Notes: generated by a model from the letters alone, not told the origin. Counted from the whole stretch's first letter, positions 24,831-38,715 are shown. The stretch: DNA of 63,840 bases, filler included, from Choristocarpus tenellus KU-1152 (GCA_964200185.2; 13 parts of 13 records of this genome joined end to end with filler, not necessarily neighbours in it); one strand, 5' to 3'. Numbers and translations are program-made.

Positions 24831-25903
24831 TACCTTCGGTTAATATCAACTCTGATCCATGAAAAAGTATACTTCATACTTCATGGAATTTTATGCTGAA
24901 GCTAATATATATATATATTCAAATATATATGTGTTGCGAATTTTATTCGTGTTTCAGTCAATGAGTGGTGGTTGTGTTGTTACATATATGTATCTTTTTA
25001 AATATATATGTCACATGGATGTTTCTTTGGCCATATCAACTTACGATAAGTTGATTTTTTTTGTACATGTGCACCCATGTACGAACAGAGGAGATCCGAG
25101 TTCATTTTTTCCGAACGACTCTTGCACACTTGTTTTATTTTATTTCATTTTATTTTATTTTATTTTTCAGGAGGACAACTGTTTTGCTCAACAGTTATTT
25201 CAGTGATGGTGTATGGCCAACTCCATCCCCGTGTTTGTCCACGGTTTCAAATCGAATTTTTATTTGTTCATTTTTTCTTTCTTTCTTTCTTTCTTTCTTT
25301 TCCTTTTTTCTTTTTTGTTTTGAATTGATTAGAACATCCATGTATGTGATATACTGATTGGTGCTGCAGTTATACAGCTGTAATTTGATCACGATTTCTG
25401 CGCTCCCATTTTCTTGTTTACTCGTTTGAGATGATGATCCATGCTTTTGTATCTGTATCTCCAGGACGGAGTTAACAGAATTTCATGACAAGACTAGCTA
25501 GTCCTTGCCTTTGCCCCTTTTCTTGTTGAAGATTTGGTAAGACTTGGTCGTATCTGATACATCGAAATCGTGATCGTTCCATGTGCCCAGATATGTTTGA
25601 TTGTCTCACCCCTGATCAAGGTGAAGCGGCACTGATTTGGTTGCCACCCAATCAACCTTAGTTACAAGTGCTAAGTTGTGAGGCCTCACGAAAAGCACTT
25701 CTTATTATGCTGCATTTTTGCAAATTTGAGGATAATTTTTTTTTGTGTACACAACTGTCTTGCGAGACAGTATTTCCTTGTTGAGACACTCTTTCTTTTA
25801 TTTTATTTTATTTTCAATCTCATGTCAGTTGTTCTGCACACACATTTCTTCCATTTCCCATTGACACCTATTATGTTGTTTTGATACCTGCATCAAACCA
25901 CAT

Positions 25904-25983
25904 AAGGGGGGGAGGTGATGTGAGAGCCATATTCCACAGAAGGTATACCCTGAAGGTAACCTATCTTGAACATCATGTAGAAG
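25904..25983 (+). other. Putative polypurine tract and truncated 3' LTR of the second Gypsy element
   Basis: AAGGGGGGGAGG (25904-25915) directly followed by TG at 25916, ~1.1 kb after pol. The contig ends at 25983. Confidence 0.45.
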
Positions 25984-26083
25984 NNNNNNNNNNNNNNNNN
26001 NNNNNNNNNNNNNNNNNNNNNNNNNNNTTAATTAATTAANNNNNNNNNNNNNNNNNNNNNNNNNNNNNNNNNNNNNNNNNNNN

Positions 26084-27450
26084 GACAATGCTTTTAGCAT
26101 ACATCTGTTGGCCCAGGGTGATGCCATCCTAACCCACAGTGATGCCCATCCCAATTAACTTGTCTGGCGTACCTAGGTCCCGCCCCTCGTATTTCTCCAG
26201 CGGGGATGCCCTTATCCTCTGGATCTCCTCTGTGAAATCCCCAGTGGTGACAGTGTCGTCCACGTAGGTAGTTACGATGGCAATGTGTCCATCTTCACTC
26301 TTCTTGAAGTAGAGATATTATCGTGACTTCTTGTCCATCCTTCTGAGAGAATTTTGCCCCTTAATTCATGAAACCATTCTATGGCTGACTGCTTGAGCCC
26401 ATAGATTGCTTTCTCTCCCTTGACGATGCGGACGTCTGGAAGCTTCAGCCATATGTCCTCCTGCAGATCTGCGTTGATGTAGGCCTGTGTGAAATCTAGG
26501 GCGTGTATGCTCCAACCTTTGTATGCTGTGACTGATATGACGCATCTTAGTGTGTCGTATCCCACTACTGGGCTGAAGGTTTCAAAGAAATCAACTTCAG
26601 AATTTTGTTTAAACCCTTGTGCCACGAGTCTTGCCTTGTATTGTTACACTGTCCTGGCTGCCGAACGCTTGATCTTGAAAATAAATCGTGTTTTGATTGC
26701 CTTCCGTCCTTGGGGTAAGGTTTTGTCACTAAACGGCCCCTTCTGCCATAACCCTTCCATTTCCTTTTCCATGGCCTCCTGCCGCTGATCTGCCTCTGGC
26801 CCACCCAAGGCCTCCTCTGTTGTAGTTGAGTCTTGTGCACCTGTTCCCACTTCTCCAATGATAGCACGACAACAATGACACATACTGCGTATGGCTGTGT
26901 AAGGGTTGATATGGAGTGGTCCATGTCTGTTTCTGCATCTTCTTCCTGGTTACACAGAGAGGTGTAGGCTACCCGCTGGCATTGTTTCAGCGTGGTAGAT
27001 TTCCGCCGCTCAGAGTGTGGAGCCAAGTGTTTGCTTGCCATCTGTGCAACCCATCCATGCGCTGGCATTATCCCATCCTGGGAATTTCTTGACTTTGGTG
27101 GAATTCTGGGCGCTTTACATCTTGAGCCCCACGCCCAATATTTAGGCTCTCACCCTCACTCATGTCTGCCTCACTCCCTTTTGTGGAAGCCTCTTCTTCG
27201 TTATGTTTATTCATATCCATGTCTTCAACAAACTATGACTCCCCAAGTATGTCCAGCTCTGGCTCCCCCACTATCTTCCGCAGTTTGGTTTCAGGCTGGA
27301 AAGTCACCTGTGCTGAGGTCACCAGCTTGTCTTCCTGCAGGATCCATACATGCCAGCATAGTAACATCCTGTCGTGTCCTAGAAGTATCCCCCTCTCTGC
27401 ATATGAGTAGAACTTTGCGAAGGGGAATCGTGTGAGGCTCATAAGAAATT
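26084..27450 (-). mobile_element. Decayed Ty1/Copia element (post-integrase region + RT)
   Basis: AERGILLGHD (post-integrase SH3-like), KTRFIFKIKR, YKARLVAQGFKQ, DFFETFSPV, LDFTQAYINADL, KAIYGLKQSAIEWF, TYVDD (~26260). Confidence 0.92.
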
Positions 27451-28614
27451 AATTTATCCAGACTCGTACCTGTTGCTCTATAAATAGAGAAACAAGTCGT
27501 TGACAATTACTCTACTCAGTCAACACTTCTGTTGTTTAGTGCTGGTCACTAAACAGATAATGTCCTATAGACTACCTAGCCTATATTGCACAAATACTAT
27601 GCCCTTGAAATACAGGACCTTGTGTATGTCCTTTAGGCATCCGTATGACAGTGGAGGTATGTATAACCAAGTACCATACAGAGTGAGGTTAGGAGTATCA
27701 GCAACTGGGAAATAATCTGTGTTGATAAGAATAATTTATCCAGTGTGTGTTTTTGTCTGAATTTACCCTGCTTGATAGAGAGAATACTGAGTGAGCAATA
27801 CAAATTTGAGATTGGATGATATTTTGATCCTCTCATTAATGTTAGCAGTCAGTGCAAGTTGTGAGTCTATTGAATGACACTTGAGAGGTTAGTTCTGTCT
27901 AGGTTGTGGTGCAAGGAGTATTGCCTGAGGATAGAATTTTATCATCTCAGTGTTGGCAGGTTCTGTATTTTTTTCTCTGTAGTCCCCTTTGGAGGCCCAG
28001 CTAATGTAACACGTGGTTAGATGATATTCTCAGGTAGTTCTATACCCAGAGGTAGATTATATGTGTAACTATTGTAAGACACATTCCCTCATTCTCTTGT
28101 AGCCTGTTTTGTCGAACTGCTCTTCCCAATCCAAATAATAATCTGCATGAACAGCGTGTGGTGGGGGATTTTTGAAGTGACAAATATTTGTAGGTATTCA
28201 TGACATGGTTCTATTCTTGCATCAATTTGTCATCCTTGAGGATCTCTTACTTCAGAGCAGAGTGCATCAATCAAAATGTTTATGCTATATTTTAATTGTA
28301 TTTTTTTAGTGGTATTGTAATGAGTGTATAGAGGTAGTTAGGTAAGTCTGGTTGTAGGTAGGTATGTCAAAATTGACTCCAATTGGGAAACTCAGATAAG
28401 AAGAGATGGGAAAATGAAAGGAGAAAACTTTAGAAAAGAGTAATATTTGTGGTTCAAGGAGATATATTTTAGTTTACTTTCTTGTCTTACGTTCTCCTTA
28501 CATTTGACAATTCCGTCCATTGATGAAGTAGTAGGGTGCCCTTTAGGATACACCACAAGAATAATATGTTTGACCATGATACGTTTCTATAACCCCTTAC
28601 TTGTATATTTTCAG

Positions 28615-28686
28615 GTCCTATACCAGTGGAGCTGAGCAACCTCAGTGAACTACGAGTTCTTAGGCTCTACAACAACCAGCTCACCG
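28615..28686 (+). CDS. Single 72-nt leucine-rich-repeat exon (phase 1/phase 1)
   Basis: TTTTCAG|GT CCT ATA CCA GTG GAG CTG AGC AAC CTC AGT GAA CTA CGA GTT CTT AGG CTC TAC AAC AAC CAG CTC ACC G|GTTAGT translates to (G)PIPVELSNLSELRVLRLYNNQLT(G). This is exactly one 24-aa plant-type LRR with canonical splice sites. Confidence 0.88.
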
Positions 28687-29399
28687 GTTAGTGTTACTTT
28701 TTCTGGCTTTACCCTTATTGGTATAGAAAATGCTTTGTGTAATAGAAATTCCATATTGAATAGTAGTTTCACCTTGTAGTTTTTAACATTCTGAGCGCTG
28801 TGTGGTGAGTCTATCCAATATTACCTCTTCTGTAATACGTGTAAGTAAGCAACCATTGTTTGCAACTACTGTGGTATTACCGCTTGTAACCTGTGTTTTC
28901 ATACAAGCCTGTTAAATATAAATTAATTCAACAGTTGAATTTTCTTCCTAACTAGTATACGCGAGTATTTTGTCACAATGTATGAAACCAAATCACCAAA
29001 AAATCCCAACAGGGAATTTTTTTCTCAAATGAAAAACGACCTACCACCCCCCCCGGATACTTTGAGCCACATTCAAAAACGGACGCCGCCAACCCCTCTC
29101 TAGATACTTTTACCCATCTCCTCAATTTCAAATATTCTTTAAATACATAGAGAAATAGAGTAACCAGAATAATTAATAGCTGCTACTTGTTAAGTTGTCG
29201 TTGACGATTTGTTATCCCACACAACCAGTTATATTATTTTTATGAGCTTGTATCGCATTTGAGCAGAGAGTGAGATACCTTCACTAGGTGGGTCTCACCT
29301 ATACTTACATTAAATGACTCCACAGTTTTTCCAGTACACGTCAGAAACCCTCCGACTCTAACAGTTCGCTGATTACTTCCTGGTCGAAAAGTACCCTAA

Positions 29400-30428
29400 C
29401 CCTAAATATCCCGAGTGTCCCGCATTATCATCTGTACATACCTAAAGAAATACTTCACATCATATTGTCACAAATAGCCAAGCACAATCTTGTCGCACTC
29501 CCCTGCTCTGACTATGCAGTTAGAATCAAATCAGTCCAACAATAAATCCTAACTTCAAATCAACAGAATCTGCACACTTCGATTTTTATTCCCACACATG
29601 GACAAGGAAAAATCTTGACACACTCACCTGCTCTGTCCATACATCATGAATCCAATTTACTCAATTTGCACACTAACATTTCCTCACAGTGCATGTAAAA
29701 TATTCGTATTACGTGATGCTTGTACAATCCCTTACATGGATTTCTGTAGCTTCCCAACCGTGCCATCGAATTCAGCCACCACCCCCTCCGGCAACTCCAC
29801 ATACAAGTCTACCTCCGGTTCTGGTTTGGTGAGAGCCCTCACTCCATCTGCCATACCTAGGCCCCATCCCAACCATGATGTCCATTCCAGGATCATCCGC
29901 AGGCTTGACGTTTTTGCTGTGGGTACGAATTTTTCATGCCAATCAATTCCAAGGATTTGTTGATATCCTTGTACCACAGGACTTGCTTTTTAGTGCTCAA
30001 CCAATACCATTGCATTCACCCTCCTGGATAAAATGAATTTCGTTTTCCAGACATTTGCATCAGTTGACATAGGAACATGAACGCATGTGTCATGAACAAT
30101 TAATGCATCAATCTCAGCATAGATAGCCTCAAGTCACTCCTTGGACTCTCAAAACTCAAGCGCTTCCTTCGCAGTGAGAGGTAATGAAGGTAACTCACTC
30201 GCCGGAGTATCCCGTGGCCAGTCCAGTCACTACCCATTGTCAATCATCTCCTTCACCTTGTGCCTGACCACAAAGGCTGTTGGTCTAGTATTTGTCTTAC
30301 GTGCCAGAGGAGTTTGTGATGGCCCCACTCTATTCTCCCGGAGCGGAAGTTGCATCCTGGGTTCAGAGGGCTGTGACTTCTCTCTTGACCCAAGCCTCCC
30401 ACTCCCCTGCTGTTGAGGTGACGCAACC
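29400..30428 (-). mobile_element. Highly decayed Ty1/Copia RT fragment
   Basis: KTKFILSRR, VVQGYQQILGIDWHEKFVPTAKTSSLRMIL, DLYVELPEG, KLQKSM*GIVQASR. Confidence 0.8.
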
Positions 30429-31924
30429 NNNNNNNNNNNNNNNNNNNNNNNNNNNNNNNNNNNNNNNNNNNNTTAATTAATTAANNNNNNNNNNNNNNNN
30501 NNNNNNNNNNNNNNNNNNNNNNNNNNNNGGGTAGGTTGATGCCGCCTCTGGTATGAAGATTGGCCGCTACGTACATACGTACCGCCTCTAACATGAAAGA
30601 TGATCACGAGATCTTCTCAACATAGTAACTCCTTTGAGACTAACTTTCCTTCTTTCTAAGCGTGCCAAAACTACACGATAATAACAGCCATTAACACCAA
30701 AAATATACACGAAGTACAAGCTTTTCATGTATGTCTCTAGAGTGAAACATCTGTTCGTTCTTTTTTGTGGATTTGGTAAGTTTTTTTGGTGGATGTGACC
30801 TATCAATCTCTTACTTGTACAAACCACATAACTCTCGAATAAATATTTATAACTAATAGAAGAAGACGTATGTATGTATGTACTGTATAATACAATCTGT
30901 AGTGTACCATACGCATTATCATAAGAATACCAAAACCGTTACCAACTCCCCCCGGGGGGGCCCATCTGTCCTTATACGATTGGCTTGGTCAAGGTCGCTT
31001 CCAAATCGTAGCGGTGCCCTCCACAAGTACCGAAATAGTTTTGAATAAAAATATATCCCATTCAAAAAGGGACCCTTAAAAAGTGCCGCAACATTTACAA
31101 AAAAAACATATCGGTACTTTTTCCGCACCATTTTCAGTCAAACCCATCCTCAATAGTACGCTCCATCCTCAATTTTTTAAATCCACTGTTATATGGTGTT
31201 ATTGGGTTTCCCTTACATCTTTTTATTTTTTAATATGGTGTCTACATCAAAAGTTATGACGGGACAACCCCAGAGGGCGAGAAGGTGCCGAGGGTAGATC
31301 CAGGGGGCAGAGTGAACTTGGCGGCTCTCCTTGTCTTACTGTCGAGGTCCATATTGCTGTGTGGATCGCGTGTGTGTGTCCTCACAGAAAATCTACAAAA
31401 GACGTTAAAAAGATGTCCGCAAACCTTGCTTTTTTTGTCGGTATCGCCACAAAGATCAAACTTGGGCAGCGACCTAACCCGCATCAGTTTTTTGCCGGAA
31501 GTTCAGCCAACCACTTCGTTTTTGTCCGTTTTGAAGTCGTAACCTTCAGAATTGCGTTAAGTTGTTCCCCTGCGTTTTTAACATTACTTGATCAGGGCAT
31601 ATCTCCTGTTCCCCGAAGCCTGGAACTTGTTCGATACAAACCTTCAAAATCTCTTATCATAAGCTTCCATTTAATATTATATATATAGTGTAATTCTTGT
31701 GGCGTTTTGGTGAAAAAAAGCAAGATTGCCACAGAGTGCAAAGCTACTGGTACCACCTTAGATACAATATAGTATACCATCAACTAGTGTCGAACGTTGA
31801 CCTGTCCACTAGTAGTAACAGTTCCTTAGAGTACAATTACGGACATATTGCTACACCATGTTACACCAAATATGGACGGAATGTTATCACAACATACCGT
31901 TGCACCCTGCATGCTTAAAATGTT

Positions 31925-32460
31925 GAAATTATAAACTGTATGTCCTCTGACATTTTGCAGATTTGTCAGGGGAAAAGCCAAGACAATATCGCAAGGACCC
32001 CATTAAAAAAATACTGTTGTTGGAAGTGTGAAAGGTATCTCTACAAAATATATTTACCATTTTAATACAGCTACACTACAACATCCCCTTAAAAGCTCGT
32101 AATTACAACTATATATATACATTCCTGCTATGCCTCCAACCAAGCTTAGTCCTACACAACGGGTGAGGAGCTAGGGGGAACAATCCCAAGAATCTGACAG
32201 GACCCTCCTTATCCATCTCCCTGGTGTCTCCAGCTTGAAACGCATGACACGTCTTGAGAGATCCACTTGTGTAGTGACAGACACTATATGTCGTAAGCGG
32301 GATTTTACAGCCCAACCCAAAGCATTTAAGAGGGCAGGGCCGCATCCGTTCGGGGTCATAAATCCAATGTTGCGATTTTGATTCATTTTGGGTATCGATC
32401 TCACCCCCAACAAAATAATGCAGTGTGGTCGAATCACAAAAGAGCAACGATTCAATTATT
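31925..32460 (-). mobile_element. 3' end of a non-LTR (LINE-like) retroelement family
   Basis: RLRHIVSVTTQVDLSRRVMRFKL resembles the C-terminus of RLE-type non-LTR ORFs. It is followed by a tail TTTTCCCCTGACAAATCTGCAAAATGTCAG and an A/T-rich end. Clearly homologous to window positions 1-380. Confidence 0.55.
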
Positions 32461-34450
32461 TCCACTGCCTGATCATACCATTGAGCGATGAAGGCATGGA
32501 TGGACCTTGTGAGTTGCTGTGCCGGCCATCGGCTCGTCATGTATCAGAGCTACCTCCAGAAATAGTTTTCAAAATTCCATCATTGACTATCTCCACAGCG
32601 CGCACACTTTGGGTGCAATACATGCAGACCTGTCAGAATGTGAGGGGAGAAAGGAATCAACCGGAGGACCATACTCCTCGGGGTACAACTGATATCAGGG
32701 TATGATTACGCTTTTGGGTCACGGGACAGTGGCAGTAACAGGGCTGTCCCATGCCAGAAAATCTCATGTTGAAAGCCTCTTGTGCTGCTCTTTCCCGCTC
32801 TTCCACCGACTCTCTATGGCGCTCGTCCTTTATCCTCCCTCCTGTATCTTTTCATCTCCTGCAGACCTCACAAAGATCGTACCTGTAAGCAGTACCAAAG
32901 TTCCTCCAGCTAGAATTGGTGCACTAGTGCATCCGTCGGGGGCTAGGGACGACCTGAGCCTTAGCAAGATGAGAGAAGGAAGGTAATTTTGTGGCATGCT
33001 GCTCAGAGAAGTGCCATGATTACTACATACTAGATCGCTGAGACCCAGGCCTGTGGAAGGCGAGATCGTGCAAAAGTTATGGAAAGGTTTGGAGAAGACA
33101 AAAAAAAATAAGACAGAGAGGAAATTCAATCAGGGCAAAGATCAAACCAGGTTTCCTTAAGACAGAATTCATTGGTAGGACAACCCAGGTACCTTAGATG
33201 TTCTCTGGAATAGTATCATGCGTGATGCATATTTGAGTGAACATCCCCACTACCTGCGTAGTTTCCATCCGATACCTCCTGACATGAGAAGAAATTGATA
33301 TGTACTGCACAGAAGTGGACACATTTTCTGGCAATAATACAATTTGCTGTGCAAAATCAAGAAGATGGTTCGTTGTTAGGGGGGTACATGGTTGCTTGCA
33401 ATAGGGGGGATATATGATACCCATGGATTATTGGACATACGGATATGAAAGCAAACCTCTTTCTCAAGTCTGTAAGGCATCAAGACATATTCTTCGAGGG
33501 TGACCTGTCATTGGGGTATGTCCCACTAATCCATAAAACAAAAATTAACACACAGCACTCATTAGCACTGTTCATATAACAAAAATACACAATCTTCTTC
33601 TCCCATGGCACGTTCTCTTATACTGAATGTACTCATCATCTCAGTGGAGCAAGGGGACAATACGCCGCACATCAGCCTTGCACATTGACCAATAGGAACA
33701 TAAGGAAAGGCCAAAATCACAAGCCCTCGAAGATAATATGCCTCAAATAGTTAGTGCGATAACCTTGCAATGTTTCATTCACAGAGATAGAGAATACACA
33801 ACCCATCTATTCTGGCGTAATTGTATCCCCTTGAGGTTTTGTATTTTGTACTACTTGATACTGCGCTGAATATCGACACTGTAATGTCTTTGCTTCTGCT
33901 TCCTTGAATGCCATTTATATTACTTCACGCCCACGTTTTGTCAAGTGCTTTATGTCTTTTCAGTCGACAAGTCGGCAATATGTGGGCATGGTATTCTCAC
34001 TTCAGTAGATGCGTGGTCATTCGCATGCAGTATGGTATAGTTTGACTGTGATTAGAGAAATGTGTGTATTAAAGTGTGAAAAATAGGGTAGTCGGATGAG
34101 CCCCCCAACTAGAACACACAACATGCATGGAACCTAGATCTAACAAAGGCACCTTGGCATGATGAACAACATTTCCTCCCAAGAATCAAGAGATTTCTGG
34201 TGGTATTGTTTTCGAAAGTCGGCACTATGTTGATTTTGAGACTAACGGATTATATCACTCGACCCCAACCGCCACATTGGCCAGGATTGTTTTATCTCCC
34301 TTACAGGGTAGAGAATATTGGTGCAGAGAGAAGAAAACCTATTTGAAGTACGAAATGTCAAGACACCTCAAGCATACTGAACAGATAATCTTTCCATGGA
34401 AAGTGACCTTCAGAAATATAGGCCCCCACTGATCTTTTCATGCTCCCTCA

Positions 34451-34629
34451 GGCTCGAAGTATCTGGGGGAGGGGAAGGATCTACACCAGGGTGTCCATTC
34501 GGGCCCCGAACAGGAAAGGTGCACTTACATTATCCATTCGACGCATGCAACAAAATCACCCAAAATCGCAACATAGAAAAATGGTCCCCAAATGAACAGC
34601 CGCAACCCCCCCCTCAGATATTTTGAGCC
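34451..34629 (+). mobile_element. Family-B MITE (~180 bp)
   Basis: GGCTCGAAGTATCTGGGGG ... CCCCCTCAGATATTTTGAGCC; TSD CTCA/CTCA. Confidence 0.88.
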
Positions 34630-36614
34630 CTCACATTGTATAGACAATGCATCATTTCTTGTAACACTGGTGAGTATGGTTCCATGTTTTTGAGTTGGTT
34701 GAGGTTGCAAGGTAGAGGTCCTTCTAACCTAGTCTGCCAGCGCATTATGCTAATCTCAGTGGTCGAGACATATTATGCTAGAGGTCTGCATTCCGATGTA
34801 TTTAGGTTGGTCAATGTTCATGGCTCACACGCAGAGTACCCCTTCTCTTACCCAATTAATTATATTGGTTTCATAATCTGGGAAGCCAGCGTGAAAGGAG
34901 ATGGGGATATTATATTCGGAAGAAATGTGGTAAGATGAATGAGGTATTATCAGTTGCTGTAAATCGATAGTTATTTTATCTATCAGGAGACTACATCAAA
35001 TGTTACAACACCCTCCAGAAGCTTACCTCCACAGGATATATAGCTCCAATCCACAGACCTGTAAACGATGCTGATGTTCGTACAAGTCTCCTAGGATACT
35101 CCAACAGTAAACGGAGTCCAACGTAGATATGGTTAGCTGAACAGGGGTACTTCTCTCGATTGATAACTACTGCTTGGTATCAGTTAATGTTTTGTTTATC
35201 CATTTTTAAGAAGTGACTCACGTGATTGATGAGACATTCTTTTATTTACATCCTCCAAGGGTTTCCTATAATCTAGAAGTTAAAAGACATCTCCAAACCA
35301 TAGTATACATACTCAAGTTACAAATATTATTTTGCATCTTCTAGCAAACCGGAGTTCCCCTTTGTAAGGTTTCCTACGTGTGAAATTGCTCGTGCTTGTT
35401 AGATCGCGGGAATAAACACTCGTGCTATATGCCTGTAACACTAATAGCAGGTTGCCCTCAGAGACGATGTGCTTGCTTTTGTTTGTTCCTCCCAGAATTT
35501 GTACCAAATCTGACACATATCCGCAAGAGTTTAAATCTGTGCTGTTTAAGATAGCAAGCGCGCAAACATTGACTCAACGCACCCTTTGCACACTTCACTA
35601 TGTCCATCCAAATCTCTTGCCCAATATTTTGTTCTTGGAAATGTGGTGGTTATCATATTCTGACCCCATCCATTTAAATGGCAAACTTACAACCGCCAAC
35701 TGAACGCACCCTCTGCACGCTTTAGTACGTCCATCCTAATCTATGGCACTGTTTCGTTCTTGGTCCTTTGATGATAATGTGTTCCTCATCTCATCTATTT
35801 GATCCCAGCGCCTTGCACTAGGCCAGGTTGTCCATCCTGCCTCCCCGATTGATATGCAGGTTCTTTCCTTCGCCAAGGGTGAGGCAACAGCTAAGGAAAT
35901 GTAGGTCTTGCAGAGTTTGCAGTAGAAATGACTTCCTTTCCTTGACCTTTCGAATTGCAAGCTAGTCTGATTAATCAATTGCGTACTTTGTGTTCCAAAT
36001 GGTTATGTTCTGTGTGGAGTGTTGACACCTGCAAGTTTTCTGGTTAGATTGTTTTTTTCAAGGGCTGTTCACATTTTCTATGTTTTCAGCATGCTATTCT
36101 TACTCCTGTTGACCGATACAGATGTGGTCTGTTCACATTTCGATTCTCCCTCATTCCTCGTGAAGCTAGCTGTGACTCCTACCTGTAGTTTGCATATACC
36201 TTGCATCTCATCTGTCCAAAATTCTTTCGCGCTGTTGGATTCTTCCCAAACACTTCATCACTTTGACTTCGAAGCTCTGTCCACACCCGTCGTGTATGCC
36301 CACGCATCTCACCTGCCTACCGCTTTCTTCAGGCTCATCCTACATGGATTTGTCTTCTTTTGTATGGTGAAATGGTTAGGGGTATCTTTGTGCCAAAAAA
36401 AACAATAGTATACGAAAGATGAAGTGTGATGTGGTTCTGGGCCTTGCCTTGTATCAATTCTTCTCTCCTATATTTCAGTGATACTTCAGTCTCTCAATAT
36501 AGTGCACATCTATCTTTGTAGAACTTGTACTACTTAGTACATGTAGTCGCTGGGACAAGGGAGCTCTTTCTATGGAGCAACATTCTCAGTGATGAGCCAG
36601 ATCAGGTGACTGTG

Positions 36615-36873
36615 GAGTGAACGTATCTCAGAGGGTAGGAGTTTTGCCTTGTTTGTCCATTTGGGACTTGACTTTCCAAGAGTTCTTTTAATACATTTTC
36701 CTAGTCCAAAATGCTTAGGAGTAGGTAAAGTGTATATGTTATGACAAGGTATGTCCGGAACATGGATATTGACACTTCCAAACAAACAAGGTAGCCAAAA
36801 TTACATCAAAATCGCAACGTTGGATTTTGGTCCTCAAATGGACGCGGCTCTACCCTCTAAGATACTTTGCCTC
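36615..36873 (+). mobile_element. Family-A MITE
   Basis: 259 bp with the family TIRs; TSD TGTG/TGTG. Confidence 0.92.
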
Positions 36874-37248
36874 TGTGTGCAGCAACTAATCTCTTAACAA
36901 AGAATTAGAGGTAGTGCTAAGGTCGTAGCCTTGGGCTTGCATTGGTTGTAAGGCCGCATGGCAGTCTATACCGTATTGGAAATCGAGAAAAACGGAGCAT
37001 GCTGGAAACTCTTCCTCTGACACCCAGGCGGCCATTGTTGAAACTCTAATGAACCCCTGAGCAACCAGAAAGTAGAGCAAAAAGCTTATCCCAGAGTTTG
37101 CAATCTCGTAGGCTTGATTAGGGTTCGCTCGTGAGTTGCTATGCCTCTAATGAGGGACTATCTTTCTCGGCGGGGCAGTAATAAAGGGCTGTTGAGTATC
37201 TTGGCGGCGTGTTAGCCTTTTGTCGGATATGTAACCAAGACAAGAATG

Positions 37249-37507
37249 CAGTGAAAATATCTTAGAGGGTACGAGTTTTTCCCTCATTGTCCATTTGGGG
37301 CTTGGCTTCCCACAGTTATTTTTTTTGACATTTTACCTACTCCTAAATGTTTCGGAGTAAGTAAAAATATACATTCTGGAAAGGTGTATCTGGAACAAGG
37401 ATATTGACACTCCTAACAAACACGAAAGTCAAAATTACGTCAAAATCGCAACATTTTATTCTGGCCCCAAAATTGACGCGACTCTACCCTCTAAGATACT
37501 TTGACTC
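37249..37507 (+). mobile_element. Family-A MITE
   Basis: 259 bp; TSD AATG/AATG. Confidence 0.92.
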
Positions 37508-38365
37508 AATGCAGTACCGATCTTGCAATTTTTGCGTACCCAGGAACTACGGAGAAGTAGTCAGGTCATCGCTGAGTTCTTTCCAAATAGCTCAGATGTT
37601 CAATCATGTCTCAACAAACGCTAATCTCAAGATTTCGGTCTCCATATGGTTGCACACTCGCCCAACTCCATGAGAAAGGAAGTCCCTGATTCGACGGATA
37701 GCAACCTTTAAGCAAAACCTAATCTACCCTGACAGGTTGTGAACCCTAGGATAAATTATTGTTGAGTGTGATAAGGACATACAATTTAAAACGTGAGTGC
37801 CGTGAATATTTCAATCAAACATAACACATCCTCTGGATCTGACATGACGCTATCCAACGTGAAAATAACAATGACCATTTTTCCCTTGGACATTTTCCAG
37901 ATAGATGTGTCAGGGAAAAACGTCATGTACCAGAGAAAAAGTCAAACCAAATATTAAGGAACCCTTTAAAAGTAACGATTGTTATGAATAAAAATTCTCT
38001 CTTCAAAACCATCTACAATTTGAATATCTTAACAAATATTACTACAACCCTCACAAAAAGGCTAGTAGGCACTATGTTTTGTGTACATTGATGGTATGTT
38101 TACGTCCAATCTACCTTAAAATGACATTATAAACCGCCAAGAAGATTGTATTTTTCGAAATCTTGAGACCCAAATCGATCCATATTCTGAAAAGGACGGA
38201 AGAGATCTCTCTCCTATCTATAAGGTACAATTCAACATAATATCTGGAAAAGGTTGATGAGCTTCACAACACTTTTTTTTTTTCGAATCACAGTTTTTCT
38301 CAGTATTTATTTTTCTTAGCTTTCCACACATTCTACTCCTTCTCTCCCCCATTGTCTCCCCCATT

Positions 38366-38715
38366 GTAACACCACTGTGACCAACCAGTGCGACCACCTC
38401 TGTCTCTGATTTACAGTCACTCACCAATGTGGCTATTGTTCGCAACTGATTTCCAGCTACCAGTCTATCCAGTGACCAACCAGTCCAGTCAATCTTCGCC
38501 ACTGATCACATCATATCCAATGACCACCAACGAGTACCACCACCCTTCGCCACTGATTCCCAGTCACCAAGCATATCCGATGACCAACCAGTTCGACCAA
38601 CCTTCGCTACTGATTTCTAGTCACTAGCCATATCAGATGGCCAACCGATGCGAACCCTTGCCGACCAACCAGTGTGACCAACCTTCGCCACCAGTTTCCA
38701 GTCACCAACCAACGC
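38366..38715. repeat. Degenerate tandem array (~50-60 bp unit), possibly inside an LTR
   Basis: TGACCAACCAG...CCTTCGCCACTGATT..CAGTCACCA recurs. The array begins with TGTAACACCAC, which recurs at 39237 followed by the same unit. Confidence 0.65.

Noticed and set aside
35576-35736. 34-bp imperfect direct repeat (AACGCACCCT..GCAC...TCCATCC) spaced 127 bp
   Set aside because: Only two copies, most simply a local duplication in TE debris.
38366-38715. Possible CRISPR-like repeat-spacer array
   Set aside because: Units are degenerate along their whole length, with no unique spacers between identical repeats and no cas genes, in a eukaryotic context.
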